From Myxococcota bacterium (lineage in GTDB: Bacteria > Myxococcota > Myxococcia > Myxococcales > Myxococcaceae): a DNA stretch of 64,000 nt. Of this stretch, positions 49,536 through 58,742 are shown piece by piece. The position numbers were made by a program, and so were the translations under genes. The notes under the pieces are model-generated. The model searched no databases and was not told the DNA's origin. It was given only the letters and a program-made list of their open reading frames with translations. Within the stretch, counting starts at the first letter, position 1. Every line of letters starts with the position of its first letter. The DNA is taken from contig JBFMAB010000122.1 of the NCBI GenBank assembly GCA_040755835.1, positions 43,180 through 107,179 on the forward strand, in the 5' to 3' direction.

Positions 49536-50519
49536 TCAACGCGACGGCGGCGGCGGCGGCGCGGCGATGAAGCCGGGCTGCGGCGAGGATGGCGCGGCGG
49601 CGGGCGCCTTCGGGTCCACGACGATGGCCGCGAGCGCCGACTCGTTGACCTCGAAGTGGGCCTGCTTCTTCAGGCGCTCGAGCAGTGCGCGGAAGCGGTC
49701 CTGCCTGGTCTCGTTGAGCAGCACCTGCTGAATCGACGGGCGCGCCTGCTCCAGCGACAGGTTGAGGGCGATCTGCCGGCCCTGCAGCTTGACGATGTGA
49801 AAGCCCTTGTCCGTCTCGACGAGGTCGGGCGCGACGTCGCCGACCTTCTGCAGCGCGGCGGCGGCCTTCACCAGCGCGTCGCCGTACTGCTTCGCGAGCT
49901 CCTCGTCGGCGAGGAAGCGGAGGTCGCCGTCGAGCTCCCTCGAGCGCGGATCCTCCGAGCGCTCGCGGGCCAGCTTCGCGAAGGCGGCGTAGTCGAGCGG
50001 CGCCAGCGCCTTCACCTGCGCGAGGACCTCCTCGGCCTGCGCGCGGTGCTCCTTCGTGAAGAAGATGTGCGAGAGCCGGGTCATCGCGGGCTTCACGTAG
50101 TCGGACTGGTGCGCCTGGTAGTACTCGGCGACCTGCGCGTCGGTGACCTGGCTCGCGTTGCCTTCGATTTCCTTCTTGAGCAGCAGCTGCACCATGACGC
50201 GCTTGGCGGTCTCGACGACCTCCGGGTCGTTCGCGAGGCCCTGGCGGACGGCTTCCTGCGAGAGGAGCTCGAAGCGGACGAGGCCGTCGACGTATTCGCG
50301 GCGCTGCTCGACGGTCTGGTAGCGCGCGCGGGCGTACGGGTTCATCTCGGCGAAGCGCTGGTTGAGCTCCCGGTCGGTGATGGTGTCGCCGCCGAAGCGG
50401 GCGACCCAGGTGCCGCCGGTCGCGCCGGGCACCGGGCGGCGGCGGAAGTCGACCTTCGCGGTGCCGGTCTCGTTGCAGGCGGTGAGGAGGAGGGCGGTGA
50501 CGAGGGCGAGGTGACGCAT
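49536..50519 (-). CDS. parvulin-type PPIase lipoprotein (PpiD/PrsA-like)
   Basis: Lipobox LLLTAC. Rotamase region (HIFF...KGFHIVKL). Confidence 0.75.
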   Translation of the reverse strand: MRHLALVTALLLTACNETGTAKVDFRRRPVPGATGGTWVARFGGDTITDRELNQRFAEMNPYARARYQTVEQRREYVDGLVRFELLSQEAVRQGLANDPEVVETAKRVMVQLLLKKEIEGNASQVTDAQVAEYYQAHQSDYVKPAMTRLSHIFFTKEHRAQAEEVLAQVKALAPLDYAAFAKLARERSEDPRSRELDGDLRFLADEELAKQYGDALVKAAAALQKVGDVAPDLVETDKGFHIVKLQGRQIALNLSLEQARPSIQQVLLNETRQDRFRALLERLKKQAHFEVNESALAAIVVDPKAPAAAPSSPQPGFIAAPPPPPSR

Positions 50520-50715
50520 GGCGCGTGGACTAGCAGAGGCCGGCGGTGCGCGTCCCGAGCGGCGTGGCGTGGACGGGGCGGGCTCGAGGGGAGTGGCGGC
50601 GGACGGTGCGGTCGCGCTGCCCGACCCATGAGCTCCTCGGCGCGAGATGTCTGGTGACTCCACTGGCTCGCGCGTCGAGCCTGTACTCATTGATGACAGC
50701 CAGGCTGGGTCGCCG

Positions 50716-50787
50716 CTTTTCCGAATCGTCAGGTACTTGACGATTTGGAGGCCCGGAATTCGTCAAGTACGCACCCATCTGGAAAAG
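50716..50787. promoter_or_regulatory. nested inverted repeats upstream of the marR-like gene
   Basis: Outer CTTTTCC...GGAAAAG. Inner perfect 11-bp GTACTTGACGA (50733-50743) / TCGTCAAGTAC (50760-50770). It sits in a locally AT-richer stretch about 200 bp upstream of 50951. Confidence 0.45.
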
Positions 50788-50950
50788 GGTCGGGCCTGCC
50801 CCGCTGTCGTCATGGAGTACCGCCTGTGTCGCGCGTGCGGAAATCCGGCGACGGAGTCGAGGGGCTGGTTGGGCTCGGCGAGGTGCCCAGTCCCCTCGCC
50901 GCCGGCCCGCCCCGAGGCCGCATGTCAGCCCCACGTGCGACAACGGGCCG

Positions 50951-51382
50951 GTGAGCCATCGAACGCCGACCTTGATCAGCTGCCTGCGCCTCGGCCGCCT
51001 CGCAGAGGCCACCACGAACATCCATCTCGGGGCGCAGGGCTTCGACGCCACCGCCTTCCTCCTCCTCACGCTCCTCGACGAGGAAGGGCCCGCGGACTCG
51101 GCCGCGGGGCTCGGGCAGATGGTCGGCCTGTCGCGTCAGGCCGCTCACCAGGCGCTCGAGCGACTCGAGCGCGACGACCTGGTGCGCCGCGCTCCGAGCC
51201 GCGAGGACCGTCGCGCGATCACCTGGCACCTCGAGCCGCGCGGTCGAAGGTGGCTCGAGTTTCTTCGAGGGCTGCTCGGCGACGTCGAGCACCGGCTTTG
51301 CCGCGCGGCGGACGCCGGCGCCGTCGAGCGCCTCCGCGACGCCCTGCCGCCGCCGATTCGCCTCGCCGGCTACGACGGCTGA
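50951..51382 (+). CDS. MarR-family transcriptional regulator
   Basis: Winged-helix motif LGQMVGLSRQAAHQALERLERDDLVRR. Confidence 0.8.
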   Translation: MSHRTPTLISCLRLGRLAEATTNIHLGAQGFDATAFLLLTLLDEEGPADSAAGLGQMVGLSRQAAHQALERLERDDLVRRAPSREDRRAITWHLEPRGRRWLEFLRGLLGDVEHRLCRAADAGAVERLRDALPPPIRLAGYDG

Positions 51383-51386
51383 TCCC

Positions 51387-52745
51387 CTACGCGTTGGGCG
51401 GCCGCACCACGAACACCGGCTGGTGCGCGTGCCGCAGCACTGCCTCGGCGACGCTGCCGAGCAGCGTGCGCGCCAGCCCGCTGCGCCCGTGCGACGCGAT
51501 GACGATGGCGTCCGCGCCGAGCCGCTCCGCCGCCTCCACCAGCGCCTTCGCCGGCTCCGCCGAGCGCAGCACCTCGGTGCGCGTCACCACGTTGCGGTCC
51601 GCGGCCTCGGGCGCCACCAGCTCGCGCAGCTTCGCGGCCACCTCGGCCTCCACCTTCGCGCGCGTCTGCGGCCCCGCCGCCTCGGGCAGGTAGCGGTCCA
51701 GAAGCTCGCCCGCCACGCCGTCCACCAGCGTCACGTGCGTCAAATAGACCTCTCCGCCCGCGTCCACCAGCGTGTAGGCCCACGGGATGGCCGCGTTGCC
51801 CAGCGCCGAGAAGTCCGTCGTCACCAGCACCCGCTTCAGCCGCGGCGGCGACGTGAAGAGGCCGGCCGGCTTGCCGTCCGGCGGCACCACCGCCACTGAC
51901 ATGCGCGAGAGGTGCAGCGCCGCGGCCGAGACGCTCCACATGCGCGCCAGGCCCGTGCGCCCGTGCGTGCCCACCACCACCAGCTGGCAGCGCTCGGCCT
52001 CGGCCAACTCGAGCAGGTGGTCGGCCACCCGCCCCACGCCCAGCCGCGCGCGGTACGCCAGCTCGCCCTGGCCGGCCAGCTTCGGCACGCGCCGCTTCAG
52101 GTCGCGCTCGATGAGGTGCTCCACCGCGGGGTCCGGGTCGGTGAACGAGTAGCGCCGCCCCAGGCCGTAGCGCTGGTGCGCCTCGTCGGCGTAGTAGACG
52201 CGGCCCACCACCACGTCGACCGGCGCCGCGCCGCGCAGGTGTTCCACCCACCGCACCGCGCTCGCGCTCGCGTCGCTGTCGTCGACGCCCACCAGCACCT
52301 TCAGCGGCGTGCCGCGGCTCCACGCCGCGAACGGGTCGCCGTCGCGCACCACCAGCACCGGGAAGTCAGTGGCCGTCGCGAGCCGCTCGCTGGTGCCGCC
52401 CAGCTTCACCAGCGCGCCCGCGCCGTGGCCGGCGCTGCCCACCACCACCAGCGTCGCCTTCTTGAGCTTCGCGAACTCCCGCAGCACCGCGTCGGTGCGG
52501 CCGCTCAGCACCTGCGTCTGCACCGCCCCCTTCGCCAGCGCCCCGAGCGCGCCGGCCTCCGCCTCGAGGCGCCGCCCCACCATCTGCATCACCTTCTGGC
52601 GCGCGTCCGACTCCATCGCCTCCACGTCGGGCTCCAGCACGTGCACCAGCCACAGCTCCTCGCCCAGCTTTCCGGCCAGCGCTGCCGCGGCCGTCTGCGC
52701 CGCCCTGCCCCAATCCGAGAAGTCCGTTCCGCAGATCAGCGTCAT
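51387..52745 (-). CDS. universal stress protein with tandem UspA domains
   Basis: Repeated Usp modules (ICGTDFSD..., VLVGVDDSDASASA..., VLVTTDFSALG...) with G-rich ATP-binding loops (GSAGHGAG, VGTHGRTG, ASHGRSG). Confidence 0.85.
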   Translation of the reverse strand: MTLICGTDFSDWGRAAQTAAAALAGKLGEELWLVHVLEPDVEAMESDARQKVMQMVGRRLEAEAGALGALAKGAVQTQVLSGRTDAVLREFAKLKKATLVVVGSAGHGAGALVKLGGTSERLATATDFPVLVVRDGDPFAAWSRGTPLKVLVGVDDSDASASAVRWVEHLRGAAPVDVVVGRVYYADEAHQRYGLGRRYSFTDPDPAVEHLIERDLKRRVPKLAGQGELAYRARLGVGRVADHLLELAEAERCQLVVVGTHGRTGLARMWSVSAAALHLSRMSVAVVPPDGKPAGLFTSPPRLKRVLVTTDFSALGNAAIPWAYTLVDAGGEVYLTHVTLVDGVAGELLDRYLPEAAGPQTRAKVEAEVAAKLRELVAPEAADRNVVTRTEVLRSAEPAKALVEAAERLGADAIVIASHGRSGLARTLLGSVAEAVLRHAHQPVFVVRPPNA

Positions 52746-52919
52746 GGCGTTCTCCTCTCGGGAGGCCCGTGTTTCATCGGACGTGCCGACGTCGTCTCGG
52801 GCCTCTGCACGGCCGGCGAACGCAGGCGCTGCGCCGGGCGCCGCGAGGCCGAAAAACCTGCGCCTCCGCGCGCGGAGGACGCTCGTCCGCCGCGAGGCCG
52901 TGTGGTTGGCTCTGGAGTC

Positions 52920-53558
52920 ATGAGGCGAGCCGCGCTGGCCGTGGTGGTGCTGACGCTGAACGTGGGGTGCGCCGCCATCTTCACGGGCACGCGGCAGGAG
53001 ATTTCCGTCATCTCCACGCCGCCGGGCTCGACGGTGGTGGTGCTGGGCGGCACGGCCGCCAACGTCGCGCTGCGCGCGCGGCAGGTGTCGGACCTGCGCG
53101 AACCCGCGCTGGCGTTGCTCGGGCCCGCGCTGCCCGAAGAGGCGCGCGCCGTGGTGCAGGCGTGGTCCATCGACGAACTGGTGACGAAGCTGGTGCTGCT
53201 GACGCGACTGTCCGAGCTGCCGCCGGAGCTGGTCGCCTCGGCCGGTGAGTTCCTGCGCCTCGTGCCACGTCCCATCGTCGAGAGGCTGTCGGAGATGCTC
53301 GGCATCGAAGGCGCCGGCGTCACGCCGACGCAGTACGAGCTCAAGAAGGGCAGGGCCTACGCGCTGGTCACCTGGCAGAAGGGCTACGGCGCGAAGCTGC
53401 TCAAGGTGGACACCACCTTCAACTGGGTGGTCCTCCTCAACATCTTCAACGGCATCATCCCCGGGCTCCTCGTCGACGGCCTGACGGGCGCGTGGCTCAA
53501 CCTGACGCCGAAGGAAGTCGTCTACACGCTCGAGCCGCTCCCGGCCGCGACGCCGTAG
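52920..53558 (+). CDS. hypothetical lipoprotein
   Basis: Lipobox LNVGCAA. High GC3. Confidence 0.6.
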   Translation: MRRAALAVVVLTLNVGCAAIFTGTRQEISVISTPPGSTVVVLGGTAANVALRARQVSDLREPALALLGPALPEEARAVVQAWSIDELVTKLVLLTRLSELPPELVASAGEFLRLVPRPIVERLSEMLGIEGAGVTPTQYELKKGRAYALVTWQKGYGAKLLKVDTTFNWVVLLNIFNGIIPGLLVDGLTGAWLNLTPKEVVYTLEPLPAATP

Positions 53559-55787
53559 CTACGGCTGCGCGACGCCCAGCGTGCCCGCCAGCGCGTTCAC
53601 CACCGGCGCGGGGAAGCGGAAGCGCGTCTTGAAGCTGATCAGCGCCGGCGCCGCCACCTGCGGCAGCGGCTTGGCCTGGCCGACGTGCATCGCGAAGGCG
53701 AAGGCCACGCACAGCGCCTGCCCGACCGCGCCGTCGGGCGCCGAGGCGGGGAAGTCCAGCAGCGGGCTGATCAGCGGCTCGTACTCGTCCCACGCGGGCC
53801 CCAGCACGCCCGACAGCGCCTCGATGGTGGGCACGTCCCAGGGGGGCCGGCCATCGCGCAAATTCGCCGCCACCAGCGCCGACGTCGCCGCCTTCAACCG
53901 CCGCACGTCGCCGGGCAGCGCGCCGAGCCGCTCCGCCGTCGCCAGCGCCACCGATACGAGCTGCCACGCCTGCCGGCCGCGGTCGCCCAGCAGCGCGAGC
54001 AGCGTGTCCACCACGCGCAAGGCGGCGAGCGCCTCCCTGCCGTCGTCCGCGCGGGGTGCGTCGAGCGGCGCCGGCGCTTCAAGGAAGTGGCCCGCGACGG
54101 CCGGGGGGGCCGACGGGGCGGGCGTCATGGCGCGCGGCGCGGCGCCGGTGAAGATGCCGCTGCTGCCCGATGCGGGCGCACTCGCCGGGCCGGCGGTCCG
54201 CATCAGCGAGGACGGGCTGCTGCCGCGCTCGATCCAGTCGGCGACGTCGTCCTCCTCGCTGCCCGTGTAGAAGCGGTTGCGGGTGCGGCGAATCGCCACC
54301 TCGCCGCCACGCATCGCGACGATGCTCTTGACCCCCGACGCGGCCTTGAGCTGCTCCAGCGCCGCCGTGTCCATGGGGTTCTTCATGGCCACCACGAGCT
54401 GCGTGCCGCCTTTGAGCGCCAGCGGCACCAGGTCCAGCGCGCGGGCCAGCTCGAGCGGCACCCGCGCGAGCGCCTCGGGCTGCGCCGCCATGTCGCCCAG
54501 CTTCTTCGCGGTGACGGCCGGCGTCTTCGTCAGCTCGGCCAGGGTGGCGACGATGACGTCCTCGTCGATGCCCAGCGACTGGAGCGCGTCCGACAGCGTG
54601 CCGCCGTAGATGCCGACCTGCTCGAGCGCCTCGTCGAGCTGCGCTCTGGTCAGCAGCTTCTTCTCCACCAGCGCCGCGCCCAGCCTCAGGTCGCGAGGGC
54701 CGTGCCCGTCGTCGACGCCGTTGTCCGGCGCGGGCCGGGGGCCCTCGGGGGCCGCCGCCGGGCGCACTGCCTCGAGCTCGGTCCGCGACATCTTCCGCGT
54801 GGCGATGCGCGCCACCACCGCGCTGCCGGGCGGCGTCACCGACGGGCGCTCACTGCCCGGGCTGCCCGGCACCGGCGCCAGCGTCAGCGTGTGCCCGTCG
54901 CGCGGGAGCGAGGCGGCGATGCTGACGCGGTCCGCGCAGGCCCGGGAGAACAGCCGCGCAATGTCCAGCTCCGGCGTCTTCCAGCCCGCCTTCGTCGAGG
55001 CCTGCTGCAGCACCGCGTCGACCTCCTCCAGCGAAGGCCGGTTCTCCTGAGCGGGCGCCAGCATCTGCATCAGCAGCGACGCGTAGGGCTCGGGCACCTG
55101 CTTGAGCGCGTCGCGCGACAGGCCCGTGAAGCGCTGGCAGGTGACGAGCGCCTGCGCGGCGTCGCCGGTGGAGAACAGCGGGCGCCCCAGCGCGAGCTCG
55201 TACAGCACCAGCCCCAACCGGAAGACGTCGGTGGCCGGGCCGACCTGCTCGGCCAGCTGCTCCGGCGCGAGCGTCTGCGGCTCGGCGCGCGCGGGCCCCA
55301 GCGCCGGCGTCATGCCCGCGGCCGTCGCCACCGCCGCGTCCAGCAGGTACACCTCGCCCTGCGGCGTCAGGAGCAGCGTCGACGCGCACACGTCGCCGTG
55401 CACCACCGGCGGCGTACGCGCGTGCAGGTCCGCCAGCAGGTGCGCCGCGCGGCCCACCACCGCCAGGCCCTCGGCCGGCGCGATGAAGCCCCGGCGCTGC
55501 GCGAGCGCGTTCATCACGTGCCGCAGCGACTCGCCTTCGATGAGCTCCTGGACCAGGTACGTCACGCCGGCCGCCTCGCCCACCTCGTACAGCTCCGGCA
55601 GGCCCGGCCCGCGCGGCCACTGGTGCGTCGGCCCCAGGTACCGGCTCGCGAAGTCGCCGTTCTGCGCCCACGGCGAGACGAGGCGCTTGAGCACCACCGG
55701 CCGCGACGGGTTGTCCTGCATTCCGACGAAGGCCTCGAGGACGCTCGCCGCTTCGCTCAACCGTCGGGCGATGCGGTAGGTGCTCAT
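53559..55787 (-). CDS. Ser/Thr pseudokinase-like domain fused to a T2SS-E N-terminal (MshEN-like) domain
   Basis: Kinase-like N-terminus with degenerate catalytic loop (VHGDVCASTLLL replaces HRDLKPxN). Middle LGAALVEKKLLTRAQLDEALEQ... resembles the GspE/MshE N-domain. Confidence 0.7.
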   Translation of the reverse strand: MSTYRIARRLSEAASVLEAFVGMQDNPSRPVVLKRLVSPWAQNGDFASRYLGPTHQWPRGPGLPELYEVGEAAGVTYLVQELIEGESLRHVMNALAQRRGFIAPAEGLAVVGRAAHLLADLHARTPPVVHGDVCASTLLLTPQGEVYLLDAAVATAAGMTPALGPARAEPQTLAPEQLAEQVGPATDVFRLGLVLYELALGRPLFSTGDAAQALVTCQRFTGLSRDALKQVPEPYASLLMQMLAPAQENRPSLEEVDAVLQQASTKAGWKTPELDIARLFSRACADRVSIAASLPRDGHTLTLAPVPGSPGSERPSVTPPGSAVVARIATRKMSRTELEAVRPAAAPEGPRPAPDNGVDDGHGPRDLRLGAALVEKKLLTRAQLDEALEQVGIYGGTLSDALQSLGIDEDVIVATLAELTKTPAVTAKKLGDMAAQPEALARVPLELARALDLVPLALKGGTQLVVAMKNPMDTAALEQLKAASGVKSIVAMRGGEVAIRRTRNRFYTGSEEDDVADWIERGSSPSSLMRTAGPASAPASGSSGIFTGAAPRAMTPAPSAPPAVAGHFLEAPAPLDAPRADDGREALAALRVVDTLLALLGDRGRQAWQLVSVALATAERLGALPGDVRRLKAATSALVAANLRDGRPPWDVPTIEALSGVLGPAWDEYEPLISPLLDFPASAPDGAVGQALCVAFAFAMHVGQAKPLPQVAAPALISFKTRFRFPAPVVNALAGTLGVAQP

Positions 55788-56033
55788 GCGCCAGGACGCT
55801 CTCTTGTCGGACCGGAAAACTTCCCCGGGATTGTACGCCGTGGCGCCGCGCGCGAGAGGAAAATCGTCACCCGTTTCCACGGGTAGGACACGCGCGCCTT
55901 GTCTTGAGGGGAGGGGGCGACGAGAGTCTCTGCCGGTGGCCGCGAATGGGGCCGCCGGGTCGGAACACCAAACATGGCGTGCGCGCCGGCCGGCCGGGCC
56001 CGCGCGGGCGAACACCCTGGAGCACGAGACGTG

Positions 56034-56654
56034 ATGAATCTGCGAACGACGGCGTTGGCGATGCTGGTGCTGGTGGCGACGGCGTGCGGGCCGGTCGAGT
56101 ACCGCCTCGACGAGACGAAGGGCATTCCCCCGGTGACGGGCAGCACCGAGGTGCAGCTCGGCGGCTCCTTCACCTGCGGCCAGCCCATCACCTCGGGCCA
56201 GTACACCGTGACGACGAAGGTGGTGACGGGCGGCTGCGAGCTGACCTTCGACCAGGACGTCGAGGTGCTCAAGGCGAGCGACTACCAGAACCTCCCCGAC
56301 CTGCAGGCCGCGTCGAACCTGCTGCAGCGCGTGGAGCTGACGGTGAAGAAGCTGGCCTTCACCGACGGGACGGGCGCGGCGCTCGACCTCCAGACGCGCA
56401 TCACCTCGGCGACGCTGTCGGTGAACGGGCAGGTGGTGGCCGAGAAGGCGACGCTGTCGAAGCTGCCGGCGGTGGTGTCGCTGCAGGGCGACGCGCTCTC
56501 CAGCGTGAAGGCGAAGGTGGACGCGCGACAACCCGCGAGCGTGCGCGCGCGCTGCGTGGTGGTGCTGCCGGACATGCCGGCCCCGCCCGACAGGCTGAAG
56601 ATCGACTACGACGCGCAGCCCGCCATCATCCTCGGGCCTGGCAAGATCCTCTGA
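56034..56654 (+). CDS. hypothetical lipoprotein
   Basis: MNLRTTALAMLVLVATACGP lipobox. Confidence 0.6.
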   Translation: MNLRTTALAMLVLVATACGPVEYRLDETKGIPPVTGSTEVQLGGSFTCGQPITSGQYTVTTKVVTGGCELTFDQDVEVLKASDYQNLPDLQAASNLLQRVELTVKKLAFTDGTGAALDLQTRITSATLSVNGQVVAEKATLSKLPAVVSLQGDALSSVKAKVDARQPASVRARCVVVLPDMPAPPDRLKIDYDAQPAIILGPGKIL

Positions 56655-56994
56655 CGCGTCACGGCCGCACGCCCTCGGCGTCGAGCGGCGGAGGCTGACC
56701 GCTCATCCATCTCGCGCCGGGCGGGCGTGGCCTTTCGCTCCATCAGCCGGGCTGGGGCCACTGACGACGGGGCCTCGACCCGCCTGCTGGTCGCCTCGCG
56801 ATGAGCCGGTTGGAGGTCGCCTTCACCGGCGTCCAGCCACGCCGCTCCACCAGCGCGCGGACCTCGGCCAGCCCCTTCAGCCGCTCGTCGTGCCGTTCAT
56901 CCTTCGGTTCGACGTCACTGGAGCTCCCGGAAACATGTCGCTTGGCGGGCCGAAGCGAGCCCAGCGAGAATCCCCAGCCGAAGGGACATGCACC

Positions 56995-58683
56995 ATGCCG
57001 ACGCCCGTCCGCGGCTTCGCCGACCTCCACTCGCACCCGATGGCGCACCTCGGCATGGGCGGCAAGGCCATCGCCGGGCTGCCCTACTCGAAGAAGGGCT
57101 ACGCCGACGCGCTGGCCAACTGCCAGGGCAGCGGCCGGCCGCACGACGTCTTCAACCACCCGTTCCTCGCGGCGCTGTTGCGCGGGTTGCTCGAGCAGCA
57201 CGGGCCGTGCGGCTTCCCCACGTTCGCCGACTGGCCCACGCACCGCACCGTCTTCCACCAGCAGATGTACGTGGACTGGGTGAAGCGCGCGTACTCGCAC
57301 GGCCTGCGGCTGATGTGCGCGCTCGTCGTCAACAACGAGCTCATGGCCCGGCATTTCGGCGCGGTCCGCTACTCGGACCCGAACATGCTGGACTCGCAGC
57401 TGAACGGGCTGAAGGACTTCGTCGCGTACGTCGACCAGGTGTCCGCGGACGCCGGCGTCCCGTCGTGGGTGGGCGTGGCGAAGTCACCCGCCGAGGCGCG
57501 GGCGCTCATCGCGCAGGACAAGCTGGCCATCGTCGTCGGCGTGGAGATGGACACCATCGAGTCGCTCGCGCGGCGCACGCCGCAGGACGAGCCCACCGAC
57601 CACCCCGGGGACCAACCGTCGAAGCCCACGCAGTCGCTCAACACCACCCCGCTCACCGACGCGGAGGTCGACGTCGTCCTCGACCAGCTGGTGCAGAAGG
57701 GCGTGTCGATGGTGACGCCGGTGCACCTCGCCGACAACAGCCTCGGCGGCACGGCCCTCTACGACGCGAACTTCGACCTGTTGAATCGCTGGCTGCGCGG
57801 CAGCTACTTCCAGGTGAAGGCCGACGGCGGCGTGGCGTTCCAGCTGCGCGACTCGGCGGCGCTGGTGTTCGCCCGGACGGTGCTGGGCTTCGAGAGCCCG
57901 AGGTATGGCGCCATCAGCTGGACGCTGGGGCACGCGAACCAGCGCGGGCTGACGGCGCGCGGGCAGCGCTTCCTCGTCGGCGCGATGAAGAGGGGGCTGC
58001 TCATCGACGTGGACCACATGTCCCACGCCACCACCGACGCCGCCATCGCGCTCGCGAAGCAGCACCAGTACCCGGTGCTGTCCAGCCACAGCGTCTTCCG
58101 CGACCTCGGCTACTGGCGCGACGAGGTGAAGGACCCGTACGGGTGGGTGCACGAAGGGATGAAGACGAGGCAGCAGGTCGACGACATCCTCGCGCTGGGC
58201 GGGCTGGTCGCGCCCATCACCAACCAGCACCGCTGCAAGCAGCACGGCGCGCTCGTGCCCAACACGCAGCACGGCACCTCGCGCACCTGGGCGCAGGCCT
58301 TCCTCTACGCCGTCGACCGCGTCGCGGCCGCGGGGAAGGGCGGCGTCGCGCTGGGCACCGACTTCAACGGCTTCGCGCAGCAGCCGGGCGCGCGCTTCGT
58401 GCGCGGCGGACCGGTGGACGGCACCGCGGTGCGCTACGACGACCCGCTGAGCGTCACCTTCTTCAGGAAGGAGAAGCTGTCGCGGAACAGGCTGCCCGGG
58501 CGTGCCAACCCCTTCGACGTCAACTACGACGGGCTGGCCCACTACGGGCTGTTGCCCGACTTCCTCGAGGATTTGCGGAAGGTGGGCGTACCCGACTCGG
58601 CGCTGGACGAATTGTTCCATTCCGCCGAGCGCTTCCTGCAGTGCTGGGAGACGTGCCGGGCCCGGGCGCCCTTCATTCCGTGA
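56995..58683 (+). CDS. membrane dipeptidase (peptidase M19 / renal dipeptidase family)
   Basis: AAGGGA RBS. Motifs ADLHSHP, VDHMSH, LGTDFNG. Confidence 0.8.
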   Translation: MPTPVRGFADLHSHPMAHLGMGGKAIAGLPYSKKGYADALANCQGSGRPHDVFNHPFLAALLRGLLEQHGPCGFPTFADWPTHRTVFHQQMYVDWVKRAYSHGLRLMCALVVNNELMARHFGAVRYSDPNMLDSQLNGLKDFVAYVDQVSADAGVPSWVGVAKSPAEARALIAQDKLAIVVGVEMDTIESLARRTPQDEPTDHPGDQPSKPTQSLNTTPLTDAEVDVVLDQLVQKGVSMVTPVHLADNSLGGTALYDANFDLLNRWLRGSYFQVKADGGVAFQLRDSAALVFARTVLGFESPRYGAISWTLGHANQRGLTARGQRFLVGAMKRGLLIDVDHMSHATTDAAIALAKQHQYPVLSSHSVFRDLGYWRDEVKDPYGWVHEGMKTRQQVDDILALGGLVAPITNQHRCKQHGALVPNTQHGTSRTWAQAFLYAVDRVAAAGKGGVALGTDFNGFAQQPGARFVRGGPVDGTAVRYDDPLSVTFFRKEKLSRNRLPGRANPFDVNYDGLAHYGLLPDFLEDLRKVGVPDSALDELFHSAERFLQCWETCRARAPFIP

Positions 58684-58742
58684 CGCCCGTCGCGCTCGCG
58701 CTCTGACTGACTGACGCGCACAGGTCTGCAGCGACGAGGGCG

